A stretch of 64,000 nt of DNA from Meiothermus sp. (lineage in GTDB: Bacteria; Deinococcota; Deinococci; Deinococcales; Thermaceae), in contig JANRLD010000072.1 of assembly GCA_033762915.1 (NCBI GenBank), positions 1 to 64,000 on the forward strand. The letters are read 5' to 3'. A program made the translations under genes and the position numbers. Positions 52,810 through 63,800 of the stretch are shown in pieces. Position 1 is the stretch's first letter. Every line of letters begins with the position of its first letter. Under the pieces are notes generated by a model. That model did not search any database. It saw only the letters and a list, made by a program, of their open reading frames with translations, and was not told the DNA's origin.

Positions 52810-52936
52810 CCCAGGTCAAACGCGAGGGCAGCGCTTTTGGTCTGACAGCACCTTTTTTGTGCCATGGATGGGTTTGCCAGACTCTAGCAATGGCTCATCA
52901 AAGCGGAATTCCGAATTCCATAACCTGGGGGGATAC

Positions 52937-53641
52937 CTATTCAGCAAGAGCCTTTCCTGTGAGCACCTTCTGCAGGAAGGCGGGGCCATTGCCCGGCTTA
53001 AGGTAGTGACGGTACGACTCTACCGCGAAGACAACGGGGTCGAGCATGTACACCATCGCGTTTATCTGCAGCTCGTCGTCAAAACCAAACCCTGGAACCG
53101 CATGCAAGACACTTGTTCGGAGGTCGGGGTTCATGGTGACGAACATCACCACATAGGCGATGTATTCTTGCGCAACCAGATTCTGATTAGGGCCGCTAAT
53201 GTTCGACTCTGCCCAGGCGTGTGCGGTCTCGTGAGCTGCTAGGCTTCGGTACAGCTCGCGACTGACAGGGACGTTAAGCCAGTTCCGGATCTCTTTAAAC
53301 GCGGCGTAGGAAAGCACCACAATGCGGCTCTGGTGAGTGAAGAAACACCCCAGAGCAAATGGCCCTGCATCCTCGGGCAGCTTGTCCGCGACCTCGATGA
53401 CAAGAGGTTGGTCGAAGAGGAAGCCATGGCCGGCCAGGAAACTTGTGGCATCTTGGACACCCCTGCAGATGTCTTGAACGTCCTCGAGATTAGTGGCTTT
53501 GACCTGCACCAGCGGTTGGGTACAAACCCCTTCCACCTTGGGGCCTTGAACCTCAGCTGCCGCACGTGGGTTAAACAATGCTCCCGCGAGCAGAATGCAG
53601 CCAGTTCCGAGCAGCCACGCCGCACGAGTTCGACCAGTCAT
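52937..53641 (-). CDS. Secreted hypothetical protein with an HExxH motif
   Basis: Signal-like N terminus and AHETAH...QEYIAY motif. GC appears lower than in neighbouring genes. Confidence 0.7.
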   Translation of the reverse strand: MTGRTRAAWLLGTGCILLAGALFNPRAAAEVQGPKVEGVCTQPLVQVKATNLEDVQDICRGVQDATSFLAGHGFLFDQPLVIEVADKLPEDAGPFALGCFFTHQSRIVVLSYAAFKEIRNWLNVPVSRELYRSLAAHETAHAWAESNISGPNQNLVAQEYIAYVVMFVTMNPDLRTSVLHAVPGFGFDDELQINAMVYMLDPVVFAVESYRHYLKPGNGPAFLQKVLTGKALAE

Positions 53642-53772
53642 ATTTCCCCCACTTGAACTGTATCGACTACCCGTTACCACACCATTACTTCGGCGGTAGT
53701 TTGGCCTTCACTCTTGGCTCGGCTGTGGCCTTGGAGTCAATACCAATCCGATGTACTCTATCCCCCGCGATT

Positions 53773-54621
53773 TCAGGTTTGATACAGGGTGAAAATTCCC
53801 GCCAGCATCAGTAGGGCCGCGATCAGCTTTCGACTCAGCCGCTCGCGTTCTCCCAACACCAACACCCCGATGCCCACCAGCAGCAGTAGCCGCGCCTGAG
53901 CCACCAGAATCACCTGCCCCGCCGCGCCATCGGCCTGGTAAGCCAGAACCAGCAGAGTCTGGGTGAGGGCAAACGTTAAGGCTACCAACCATGCCCCCCA
54001 GCCCCACAGTTGGGCGGCGCGCAGTTGGGGGAGAAAGGCCCTTGCAACCGCAAGCATTCCTAGGCCGGTCAAGAGTTGGTTGAGCAGCGTGTAACTCAGA
54101 GCGTCGAAGTGTGGACTGAGGGCCTTGTCCACAAGGTTGCCTGCCCCAAAGGCCAGTGCTGCCCCGAGGGCCAACAGCTGAGCGCGGCTGAACTTTCCCA
54201 GCTGGTTTTGCTGGGATAGGCTGAAAACCGAGGCCAGTATCAGCCCGGCCCCCACCACCGCCCCCCAACCCAGCGGCTCGGACAAGATTATCAGCCCGCC
54301 CAGGAAGGTCCAGAGCGAGGAGGTGCGCAAGTAGAAGTCGATCTCCGAGAGCGGTGTTTGGGCCAAAGCAGAGAAGTACCAAAGGTTGCCCAGGACGTAG
54401 ATCGCCCCCATCCCCAACACGCCCAGCCAGAGCAGGGGAGAGCTGGGAAGCTCGAGCCGAATCAGCGGCAAACCCGGCAGGCAGATCAACCCGCCCAACA
54501 CATGTACCCACCCGCCAACCAGAATGGGGTTTAGCCGCCCTGTCACCAGCAGCTTGGAGGCATACACGTTGGCGGCGCTGGTTAGCCCAGCCAACAAAGC
54601 AAGCGGGAACCAGGATTCCAT
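53773..54621 (-). CDS. EamA/DMT-family transporter
   Basis: Two five-helix repeats, ending in LSE and LGE motifs. Confidence 0.85.
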   Translation of the reverse strand: MESWFPLALLAGLTSAANVYASKLLVTGRLNPILVGGWVHVLGGLICLPGLPLIRLELPSSPLLWLGVLGMGAIYVLGNLWYFSALAQTPLSEIDFYLRTSSLWTFLGGLIILSEPLGWGAVVGAGLILASVFSLSQQNQLGKFSRAQLLALGAALAFGAGNLVDKALSPHFDALSYTLLNQLLTGLGMLAVARAFLPQLRAAQLWGWGAWLVALTFALTQTLLVLAYQADGAAGQVILVAQARLLLLVGIGVLVLGERERLSRKLIAALLMLAGIFTLYQT

Positions 54622-54713
54622 GTCTTTAGGGGCCGGGGGAAACACAACCCGAATGTTTCAGTGTTTTTCTTCTCTTTGCCCCTGGGTCATGCCAGCCGCG
54701 CCCTTTGGGGCAC

Positions 54714-55445
54714 CTAGGCGCCCCGCAACTCCGCCACGAAATCGTAGCGGTCGCCCCGGTAGTGGCTGCGGGTGAACTCGAGCACGCTACCGTTCTCGAG
54801 GTAGCTCAACCGCTCGATGTACAAGACCGGCTCGCCCGTTCGCAGGCCCAATAGCTCAGCCTCGGCGCGGCTGGCAGCAACGGCGCGGAGGCGCTGCAGT
54901 GCGCGGACCGGGCGCAGGCCCCGAACCTCGAGGTGGACGTATAGCGATTCCTGAACGCGCTCGGGGTCGGGCAACAGGTGTGCGGGTAAACAGGCCCGCT
55001 CGATCGCCATTGGCTCGCCCTGGGCGCTGCGGACGCGCTCAATGCGGGCCACCCGCTCACCCGGCGAGAGCGACAGGGCCAAGATCTCCTCGGGACTGGC
55101 GGCGAACAGGCCACGCTTGAGCCAGCGGTCGTGCGGCTCGAGGCCACGTGCCCGCATGTCTGCGCTGAAGCCGGTCAGGGCCGACAGGGGTTGCTCCATG
55201 CGCGGGGCTACGTAGGTGCCTGAGCCCTGGCGGCGCTGAACCAGGCCCTGGGCCTCGAGCCGCTCCAAAGCTTTTCGCAGGGTCAGCCTCGAGACCTTAA
55301 AGCGCTCGGCCAAGTCGCGTTCGGGGGGCATGGCCTCGCCGGGCTTCCAGGTGCCCGAAGTGAGCTGGTCGCGCAAGGCGGCCTCGAGCTGAAGATAAAG
55401 CGGGGTGGCGGCGTGCTGGTCGAGGGGCTGGTTAAGCGTCGGCAA
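54714..55445 (-). CDS. GntR-family regulator, HutC/UTRA subfamily
   Basis: PLYLQL, PPERDLAERFKVSRLTLRKAL, GSGTYV HTH and a UTRA domain ending YRGDRY. Confidence 0.95.
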   Translation of the reverse strand: MPTLNQPLDQHAATPLYLQLEAALRDQLTSGTWKPGEAMPPERDLAERFKVSRLTLRKALERLEAQGLVQRRQGSGTYVAPRMEQPLSALTGFSADMRARGLEPHDRWLKRGLFAASPEEILALSLSPGERVARIERVRSAQGEPMAIERACLPAHLLPDPERVQESLYVHLEVRGLRPVRALQRLRAVAASRAEAELLGLRTGEPVLYIERLSYLENGSVLEFTRSHYRGDRYDFVAELRGA

Positions 55446-55573
55446 GGGGTTCCTCCCGGTCGGAGACTGCGCCAGTGGCGCAGCGGATAGTAGGATGGAT
55501 ACAAATATACCACTTATCTACCAATAAATTTCCAGCCCACGGCGGGCCGCAGGGGCGGTAGGTTGGTGAGAGG

Positions 55574-56584
55574 TTACAGCTCGAGCGGCAGGCCAAGCTC
55601 GGCAGCCCGCTCAATGGCGCAAAGAAGGCGGGTGACCTCGAGGCCCTCTTCGCCAGTCGCCAGTGGTGGGGCGTCCTCGGTAATGGTGTCGATGAAACAG
55701 GCGATGCTGTCGAGCACAAAGCCCGTGAGGTGGGTGCCGGTGGGCGGGGCCAAAAGGTCGGGGAAGCTTGCCCTTTGGCCGTAGACTTCCAGCGCCCGGT
55801 TGTGCGAACCATCAATGTAAATGGCCCCCTTGGAGCCCAGGATCTCCATCTTGAGGTCTTTGAGGGTGGGATGGCTGGTGGGAAGGATCCACGCATGCTC
55901 GAAAACCGCAACGGCCCCGTTCTTGAACTCGAGGGTCACCAAATGGAAGTCCGCAGTGTCGATCCCCATCTCCTTGAGAATGCCGTCGCGCCGGATCGCA
56001 GTCACCCGGCGCACCTCGTCGCCCAGCATCCAACGCACCACGTCCACCATATGACTTGCCAAGAACCACAGTGCCGAAGAATGACTGGCCCACTTCAGCA
56101 TTTGGGTGGCCACCTGTGCGGTATTTGAAAGGCGAGTGTAGAAATATACCGGCTTGCCAATCTCGCCCCGCCGTATGGCGTCCCTGGCGTTGACCATTGG
56201 GGGATTGACCCGGTTGTGGAAGTCCACCACCAGCTTTACTCCGCCCTGACGTGCCGCGGCCACGATGGCCTCGGCATCCTCTACCGTGGTGGCAAGGGGT
56301 TTCTCCACGAGTAGGTGCTTGCCTGCCTGAGCCGCCGCGACCGCTACCTCTCGGTGAAGATGGTCGGGTGTGGCGATCGAGACTGCCGTCACCTCGGGAT
56401 CCGCTAAGACCTCTCGGAAGTCAGTGGTATGCCGCCGGGCACCGTATCGCCCGGCGATCTCCTCGGCCCTAGCGGCGTTTAGGTCACAGACGCTAACAAA
56501 GTCAACGGCGGGGTGTCGGCTGAAAGCCTGGGCGTGCCGCTCACCGAAGATGCCTGCACCGATAAGTGCGAATCCTGTCTTCAT
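55574..56584 (-). CDS. Gfo/Idh/MocA-family oxidoreductase
   Basis: IGAG..G, IATPDHLH and GKHLLVEKP motifs. Confidence 0.93.
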   Translation of the reverse strand: MKTGFALIGAGIFGERHAQAFSRHPAVDFVSVCDLNAARAEEIAGRYGARRHTTDFREVLADPEVTAVSIATPDHLHREVAVAAAQAGKHLLVEKPLATTVEDAEAIVAAARQGGVKLVVDFHNRVNPPMVNARDAIRRGEIGKPVYFYTRLSNTAQVATQMLKWASHSSALWFLASHMVDVVRWMLGDEVRRVTAIRRDGILKEMGIDTADFHLVTLEFKNGAVAVFEHAWILPTSHPTLKDLKMEILGSKGAIYIDGSHNRALEVYGQRASFPDLLAPPTGTHLTGFVLDSIACFIDTITEDAPPLATGEEGLEVTRLLCAIERAAELGLPLEL

Positions 56585-56699
56585 CGTGTCGCTCCGAGGG
56601 GTTTTTGGCTCACGTCAGATGCAAGTATAGGGTTTTGGGGCGAATGTAGACAAACTGTCCCAAAGAAACCAAAGTTCCCCAGAGTGAGGTTGGCTCCGA

Positions 56700-56746
56700 A
56701 ATACCAAAACCGTTCCCGGTTTGCGTTAATACCAACCAAATACCAA
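56700..56746. promoter_or_regulatory. AATACCAA direct repeats, candidate GntR operator
   Basis: AATACCAA at 56700, 56728 and 56739. A TACCA pair with the same 11-bp period lies upstream of gntR at 55508 and 55519. Confidence 0.6.
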
Positions 56747-56876
56747 TCTCTTGCCAACTAGCATGGCGTGGACGTATACTCCAACTCGAACCGAAGTTTA
56801 GCTGGCATCGGGGCTTTTATGTCCTGCGCCCCCGGAGGGAACAGCGAGCAGGTTCATGTTGTGTACGGAGGAAAGC

Positions 56877-58619
56877 ATGAGAAAACACTGGTGTACCATC
56901 ACCTTGCTCCTACTGATCGGGAGCTTGGCCATGGCTCAGAGTAAAAACGTCGGAGACTACAGCGCTCTGGGCGTTCAGACCGGAAAGTCCGGCGGCTCCA
57001 TCACCATGGCCTTGCAGTCCAACCCGGTTTCGTTTTTCTACTACTCTGCCATCGACCAGCCCATGCAGACCATCTACCAGCTGGCCTTCGATGGACTGAT
57101 CGAGTACAACCTCCGCACCTATGCCATTGAACCTGCCCTAGCCGAGTCCTGGACGCTCACCAACGGCGGTACTGTTTACACCTTCAAGTTGCGTCGGGGC
57201 GTCAAGTGGCATGACGGCACCGAGTTTACGGCTGACGACGTGATCTTCACCTTCAATCAGGTGATCTTCAACCCCGAGGCGCGGGCCGGCAACGTGGTTA
57301 CCCCCACCTACGGCGGTAAGCCCGTCGTGTTTACAAAGGTCGACAAGTACACCGTTCGGGCTACCCTGGCGGTGCCGGCTCCGGGCTTCCTGACCCAGAT
57401 GCGCACCTTTATTCTGCCCAAGCACAAACTGCTGCGGTGGAGCGTGGAGGGCGGCGCGACCCGGGCAGAGATCAACAACGCCTGGCCGACCAGCACCGAT
57501 CCCAAGGACGTAGTCGGAACCGGAGCCTTTAAGCTCTCCTCCTACACTCCCAGCCAGCGTGTGGTGCTAACCAAGAACACCGATTACTGGAAAAAAGACT
57601 CCGCCGGGAACGACCTGCCTTACCTTGACCAGATCACCTTCCTGATCGTCTCCGACCCTCAAGCCCAGGTGGCCCAGCTCTTGGCCGGCAACCTCGGCTA
57701 CATCAACGCCTCCGGCGCGCAGTTTCCCGATCTCAAGCAGCGCGAAGTGAGCGGTGCGCCCATTCGTGTCCTGCGTTCGCTCCAGCTGTTCGGCGGCCCC
57801 AACTCGACCCGCTACATCTTCTTCAACTTCGACGCCAAGGACAAGGATCTGGCTGAGCTGTTCCGCCTCTCCGACTTCCGTCGGGCTATCCAGTTTGCCG
57901 TCAACCGCGAGCGAGTCGTTGACGCCGCGTACAACGGCTTGGCCCAGACCCCCGGTCACGGAATGTTTACCGGCTCGACTTGGTACTTCAACACCGTGAA
58001 CCAGCTCGGCAGGTTCGACCTCCAGGCCGCTGGGGCACTGCTCGAGAGAATCGGAGTGCGCGGAAGCAGCGCTGGACGCACCTGGAAGGGCAAGCCCCTC
58101 GAGTTCACCCTGACCTACGCCTCGGATCAGTCGGACTATCCCGCCATCGCCGCGATCCTCCAGAACGACCTTCGCCAGATCGGCATTAAGGTAAACTTCC
58201 AAACGGTTCCCTTCAGCCAGCTTCTCTCCACCGGCACCTCAGGCAACTTCGAGGTGATCCTGGGTCAGTTCGGTGACCAGCCCGACCCAGAGCTGCGCCG
58301 CCCCATCTGGCAGCCTGCCAACACCCTGTACTACTGGCACCAGACAACCGTCAAGGACGGCAAGCCGGTCTTCGAAAACTTCCTGCCCTGGGAGCGTGAA
58401 ATTTACAACCTCTGGGAGCAGGCCGGCACCACCTCGAGCCAGACCCAACGTAAGGCCCTCTACGACCGCTGGCAGAGCATTATTGCCAGAGAAGTCATGA
58501 TGATTCCGTTGGTCAAGCCCGAGAGCGTGGCGGCCCATTCCAACCGCTACGGCAATGTTCTCTACAATCCCATGTTGATCCCCGGTTTCAACCCCGTACC
58601 GCTCCTGTTCCAGCGATGA
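56877..58619 (+). CDS. ABC transporter substrate-binding protein, class 5 (possibly oligosaccharide)
   Basis: Signal peptide, PALAESW, YTFKLRRGVKWHDG, LPYLD and FRRAIQFAVNR motifs. Confidence 0.92.
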   Translation: MRKHWCTITLLLLIGSLAMAQSKNVGDYSALGVQTGKSGGSITMALQSNPVSFFYYSAIDQPMQTIYQLAFDGLIEYNLRTYAIEPALAESWTLTNGGTVYTFKLRRGVKWHDGTEFTADDVIFTFNQVIFNPEARAGNVVTPTYGGKPVVFTKVDKYTVRATLAVPAPGFLTQMRTFILPKHKLLRWSVEGGATRAEINNAWPTSTDPKDVVGTGAFKLSSYTPSQRVVLTKNTDYWKKDSAGNDLPYLDQITFLIVSDPQAQVAQLLAGNLGYINASGAQFPDLKQREVSGAPIRVLRSLQLFGGPNSTRYIFFNFDAKDKDLAELFRLSDFRRAIQFAVNRERVVDAAYNGLAQTPGHGMFTGSTWYFNTVNQLGRFDLQAAGALLERIGVRGSSAGRTWKGKPLEFTLTYASDQSDYPAIAAILQNDLRQIGIKVNFQTVPFSQLLSTGTSGNFEVILGQFGDQPDPELRRPIWQPANTLYYWHQTTVKDGKPVFENFLPWEREIYNLWEQAGTTSSQTQRKALYDRWQSIIAREVMMIPLVKPESVAAHSNRYGNVLYNPMLIPGFNPVPLLFQR

Positions 58620-58633
58620 ACTAGACCAAGGAC

Positions 58634-58680
58634 AATAGGCGGTTAGCTCTTAGCTTTTGGCTAGCGGCTAACCGCCTATT
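58634..58680. terminator. Hairpin between the binding-protein and permease genes
   Basis: AATAGGCGGTTAGC ... GCTAACCGCCTATT forms a 14-bp stem. Confidence 0.6.
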
Positions 58681-58702
58681 GCACCGGGCCAACACCATCC
58701 CT

Positions 58703-59677
58703 ATGTGGCTCTACCTCCTCCGCCGCGTCTTGCTGATTCCCCCTGCGCTGTTACTGATCTCGGCGCTGGTCTTTGCGGTGGTATACCTGCAACCGGGAAA
58801 TGCTTTACAGCAGTACCTTGAAGACCCCCGCTTTACCGAGGAGACCAAGCGCCTCATCGAGCGGCAATACGGACTTGACCAGCCACCGCATATCCAATAT
58901 CTGATGTGGCTGCGCGGAGTTGTGCTGGGTCCGCTGGACTTTGGGCAGTCCATCAAGTTCGGTCGTCCGGTGGTCTCGGTGCTGGGCGAGGCGCTGGGTT
59001 GGACCGTCTTTGTTGCACTCATAACCATAGTTTTTACCTGGCTAATTGCCATACCTCTTGGCATCTACACCGCGCTCAACCGATACGGACCGCTCTCGGT
59101 GGTCTCCAACTTTGTGGGTTACATTGGTTTGGCCGTTCCAGACTTTCTTGTGGTGTTGTTACTGGTGGCATGGGTCTTAAGCACCGGCGGCACCAACGTG
59201 GGTGGACTGTTCAGTCCCCAGTTTATAGATGCCCCTTGGGGCTGGGCGAAGTTTGTCAATCTGATGTCGCACTTGTGGATTCCGGTGGTCGCCATCGGGC
59301 TCGAGGGCGTGGCCGGCCTCATGCGCCAGATGCGAAGCTCGATGCTCGACGTCTTGAACCAGGACTACATCCGCACCGCGAGGTCGAAGGGGCTGGCTGC
59401 GCGGGTAGTGGTGTACAAACACGCTGTCCGCAACGCCATCAACCCCATGATCTCGCTGGCAGGTTTGCAGCTGCCGCAGCTCATCAGCTCTTCGATTGTG
59501 GTCTCCATCATCCTGAACCTACCAACCATCGGGCCGCTCCTTTTTGACGCGCTCATTGGCAAGGATCAGTTTTTGTCTATGGCGGTCCTGATGATCGCGG
59601 CCTTTTTGCTGATGGTGGGCAACCTGCTGGCCGATATGGCGCTGGCCTGGGCCGACCCGAGGATTCGCTATGACTAG
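58703..59677 (+). CDS. ABC transporter permease (OppB-like)
   Basis: YGLDQP, DFGQS, DYIRTARSKGL...HAVRNA and DPRIRY motifs. Confidence 0.93.
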   Translation: MWLYLLRRVLLIPPALLLISALVFAVVYLQPGNALQQYLEDPRFTEETKRLIERQYGLDQPPHIQYLMWLRGVVLGPLDFGQSIKFGRPVVSVLGEALGWTVFVALITIVFTWLIAIPLGIYTALNRYGPLSVVSNFVGYIGLAVPDFLVVLLLVAWVLSTGGTNVGGLFSPQFIDAPWGWAKFVNLMSHLWIPVVAIGLEGVAGLMRQMRSSMLDVLNQDYIRTARSKGLAARVVVYKHAVRNAINPMISLAGLQLPQLISSSIVVSIILNLPTIGPLLFDALIGKDQFLSMAVLMIAAFLLMVGNLLADMALAWADPRIRYD

Positions 59678-60758
59678 TGGCCCGGTGAAGACCCTTTCGC
59701 CCCTACAGCTGGCCTGGCGTCGATACCGGCGCTCGAGGGTGGGGGTGTTTAGCGGGTACGTACTGTTGGTGCTGTATCTTGTCGCGCTGTTTGCGGGTTT
59801 TCTCGCGCCGTACAGCTCGGTAACCCAGAACTCACTCAACCCCTATCAGCCGCCCCAGCGGGTCCACTGGTTTCGCGACGGACGCCTTCAGCGCCCCTTC
59901 GTGTACGTCATGAAGCAAGAACGCGATCCCGTGACCTTTGTCCGGCGTTTCGCGGAGGACACCTCCCAGCCACAGCCCGTTCGATTCTTCGTCCGGGGCG
60001 ACTCCTACGGTTTTTTGGGCCTAATCCCTTCCAACATTCACCTGTTTGGAGTAGAGGGCGGATCGATCTATCTGTTTGGTACCGATAAACTGGGACGCTG
60101 CCTCTTCTCGCGCATCCTGATCGGGGCCCAGGTTTCGCTCACGGTGGGGATCGTGGCGGTGATAATTTCCTTCTTCCTGGGTATCCTGATCGGCGGGATT
60201 TCGGGCTACTATGGCGGGCGCACCGACGCCCTGATCCAACGCCTCATCGAGATTCTGCTCTCTATCCCAACCCTCCCCATCTTGCTGGCTCTGGCGATCA
60301 TCATCCCGCCAGAGTGGCCTGCGGCCTGGGTGTTCTTGGGCATCGTGGTGGTGATTAGCCTGATTCGCTGGGCCTCTATCGCCCGGGTGGTGCGGGGGCA
60401 GGTGCTTAGCCTGCGCGAGCTGGACTATGTGCAGGCTGCCCGGGCGCTGGGTGCAACCGATCTGAGTGTGATCTTCAGGCACTTGCTGCCCAACCTGACC
60501 TCCTTCCTGATCGTCACTGCGACGCTGACGATCCCGAGCTACATCATCCTCGAGACCACCCTGTCCTTCCTGGGCCTGGGCATCAAGGAGCCGCTGAGCA
60601 GTTGGGGCTACCTGTTGCGCGACGTGCGCGAAGAGGGTTTCGGGGTGCTCTCGCTGTACCCCTGGCTGCTGATCCCGGGCATTTTCATCACCGTCACCGT
60701 ACTGGCCTTCAACTTCTTCGGCGATGCCCTGCGCGACGCTGCGGACGTGCGTTCTTAA
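59670..60758 (+). CDS. ABC transporter permease (OppC-like)
   Basis: FGTDKLGR, YVQAARALGA, RHLLPN and GDALRDAAD motifs. Confidence 0.93.
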   Translation: MTSGPVKTLSPLQLAWRRYRRSRVGVFSGYVLLVLYLVALFAGFLAPYSSVTQNSLNPYQPPQRVHWFRDGRLQRPFVYVMKQERDPVTFVRRFAEDTSQPQPVRFFVRGDSYGFLGLIPSNIHLFGVEGGSIYLFGTDKLGRCLFSRILIGAQVSLTVGIVAVIISFFLGILIGGISGYYGGRTDALIQRLIEILLSIPTLPILLALAIIIPPEWPAAWVFLGIVVVISLIRWASIARVVRGQVLSLRELDYVQAARALGATDLSVIFRHLLPNLTSFLIVTATLTIPSYIILETTLSFLGLGIKEPLSSWGYLLRDVREEGFGVLSLYPWLLIPGIFITVTVLAFNFFGDALRDAADVRS

Positions 60759-60852
60759 GTTCCTGTTGAGGAAATCTGAGGCTTCTAGCACCTCTAGAGA
60801 ATCTTCTATCCGGTCGCTGAAACGCCACCGATTACGGTAAAATGCTGCATAA

Positions 60853-63800
60853 ATGTCGGCGCTGGGGAAGGACAGAGAGGTCGGGCTCGAGGGTGGGGCG
60901 GCGGGGCCATCGGCAAGGCTCAGGGCGGTTACTCTGCGGCGGGCGGGGCTGGCAATGGCATTGTGGGGCGAGCCCGGGGTGGGCAAGACCCACTTGGCCG
61001 CTCGGCTGCTGCGCGAAGCCGGGTGCCGCAGCTTCTCTTTCCACTCCACCGTGCCGCTCGGTACCCTGTTGGCCACCCTGCCCCGCCCCGCCGGTCGGGT
61101 GGCGCTCCCCGCCTGGGCCGAAGGCCCGCTGGAGCGGCTGGCGGCTGGCGGTTCGGTCCCGCCGGAACAGGCTGCCGACGCGCTGGTAGCCCTGCTGGCA
61201 GCGCTGGCCCCAATGGTTTTGCTCTTCGAAGATCTGCACGAGGCCGGTGTGGTGCGCGGCGAACTGATCCAGTCCCTGGCCCGCAGGGTGGTCCGGACCA
61301 GAGGCGTCGGCCTGCTGGCCACGACCCGATCCGAGCCGCCTGAAGTGTTCGAGGGGTACCGCCTCGAGCGGTTGTCGCCCGAGGGCACGCGGTCTATGCT
61401 CGAGAGAGAGATCGGGGGCGCGCTACCCGATCAGGCCCACCGCTGGGTTCACCGACACGCGGCGGGAAATCCGCTTTTTTCGCTGGAGTATTTGCGCCTG
61501 CTGGCCCGTCAGGGCTTCTTGTGGAGCGACGGGCGGCGCTGGAACTGGCGAGAGCCTTCCGGTCGGGTGGTGCCGGTAACGGTGGAGGCCCTGCTCGAGT
61601 CGATGATCGGGGAGGCCACGGCTGACGAAAAGGTGCGCTCGGCGCTCGAGGCCAGGGCGATCCTTCCGATAGAGGCCGATACCCGCCTTTGGGCAGCGGT
61701 TTCCGGTCTGGACGAGGCGGCGCTGGTGCAATCTAAGGCCCGACTGGAGGCGCTGGGCCTGCTCCGTGGGGGGGATTTCGCCCACCCACTCTTCCGCGAG
61801 CACAGCGCCGCACTTACCCCACCGGGGCGGCGGAAAGCCTTGGCCCGCCGTGCCCTCGAGGCCCTGCGCCAAACGAACCTACAGGTCGCCGCGGCTTTCG
61901 CGGCCCAGGCCGACCTCCCGCCAGACGAGACATTCGGGCTCCTTTCCGAGGCGGCTCTGGAAGCCGAGGAGTCGGGAGACCCGGTTCAGGCGGCCCGCTG
62001 GAAGCTCGAAGCAGTGGCGGTAGCCCCCCTGGAGCTACGTGCTGCGCTGGCCCTCGAGGCCGCCGAGGGTTACCGTCCGCACAGCCTCGAGCAGGCCGCC
62101 GAGGCCGCACGAGCCGCACTTGGCGCCGAGCCCGACAATGTCGAAGCGCTCTTTCTGCTGGCCGAACTTCTGGCCCTGCGGGGCTTCCAGTCCGAGGCGG
62201 ATGCGGCCCTAAAGCGTCTGCCGGCCCGCCTGCGCGAGAGCCCCGCGTGGCCAATGCGGCAGCTAATGGTGCGCTCGGCGCTCGAGGATCACGCGGGGGT
62301 GGTCCGGCTATGGGATGAGCATCCAGAACTGCACCGGACGGCCCCGCCCCTCAATGTGGTGGCCACTATCGACGCGATGCTTTACCTGGGCCGCTTCGAC
62401 GAGGCTGTGGCGCTGGCTGAGCAGACCACTGTGCGGGCCGGCCTCGAGCCCCTCGAGCAGGCCCTACTAGAGCGGGCACTGGGCCGAGCCGAGTTCTACG
62501 CCGGAAGGTTGGAGGCCTCCAGAGCCAGGTTTGAGGCTGTCCTACCAGTCATCGCCCGGCATAGCCCCGGCCACCAGACCGCCCTCACGCTAGTCCGCTT
62601 GGGCATTTGCCACTACTACGCTGGCAATTTCACCGAGGCCCTTAAGTCTTTGCAGGAGGGCCTGGCGGAGTTTGCCCGGCTGGGTGACGGGCGCTGGTGC
62701 GCAGTGGCCAAACACTACCTGGGCAGCGTCTATGCTGGGCTGGGCCAGCCCGACCGCTGGGAAGAGCTCTTCTTGGGGGCCTACGAGTACCTGAGCCGAC
62801 TGGGGCCGTCGGACAGCCTGGTAAACGTGGGCAACGCGCTGGCCTGGGCCTACTCCCACGGCGGCACCCCGCTTAACCGTCTCTTGGGGCTAAAGTATGC
62901 CCGTAACGCCACCGCCACCGCACGGGACCTGGGCAGCGTTCGTGCGGTACTTAACTCGGGGGTGCAGCTGAGCCTGGCCCTCTCCTATACTGGCGACGCT
63001 CGACAGGGCCTGAGCGTTGCAGAAGAGAGTCTGCACCAGCTCCGCGGACTGGACTATCCTTTCATCTCAGCCTTGACCCTCGAGGCCAAGGGGGTAGCCC
63101 TGGCAGCGCTGGGCCAGCCCGAGCCCGCCTTGGCAGCCTAGGGCGAGGCGGTGCGGCTGAACCAGCAACACTCCAATCTCGAGGACGTCGACCGCATCCG
63201 CCTGCGCTCGGCGGTACTGCGTGACGACCGGGCAGCGGCGCTGGAACTCCTGGAGGAGAGTCGGACAGCGGGGCGGCACTTCCTGCTCCAGCTGGCCCGC
63301 ACCCACTTTCCCGAGCTGCTGGCGACCGCGCCTATGGCTGCAGCCCAGCCTGCCACCGGGCTGCGCCTCGAGGTGCTCGGCCCGCCGCGGGCGGGTGGCC
63401 AGGCAGTGCGCGGGGGCAAGCGGCAGGAGCTGCTGGCCCTGCTGCTCGAGGCCCGCCTCTCCGGACGGAACGGAGTGGACAAGCTCGAGCTGCTCGATAC
63501 CCTCTACCCCGGCGAACCCGACGAACGGGCCGGTGCGGCACTGCGGGACCTGGTGCGTACGCTCCGCGCTCAACTCAGCGCACCTTTCATCGAAACAACC
63601 CCCACCGGCTATGCGCTGGGCAGTGGCGTGACCGCCGATGCCGAGGAGTTCCTGAAGGGGGGCGAAACCGGGCTGTGGCGTGGGCCGTACCTCGAGGGAC
63701 TGTCTGAGTTGGCCCACGGCGAGGAGGTGCGCGAGTCGCTGTACCTGGATTTGCACGCGCGGGCCGAGTCCTTGTTGGAATCCGATCCAACAGAAGCTGC

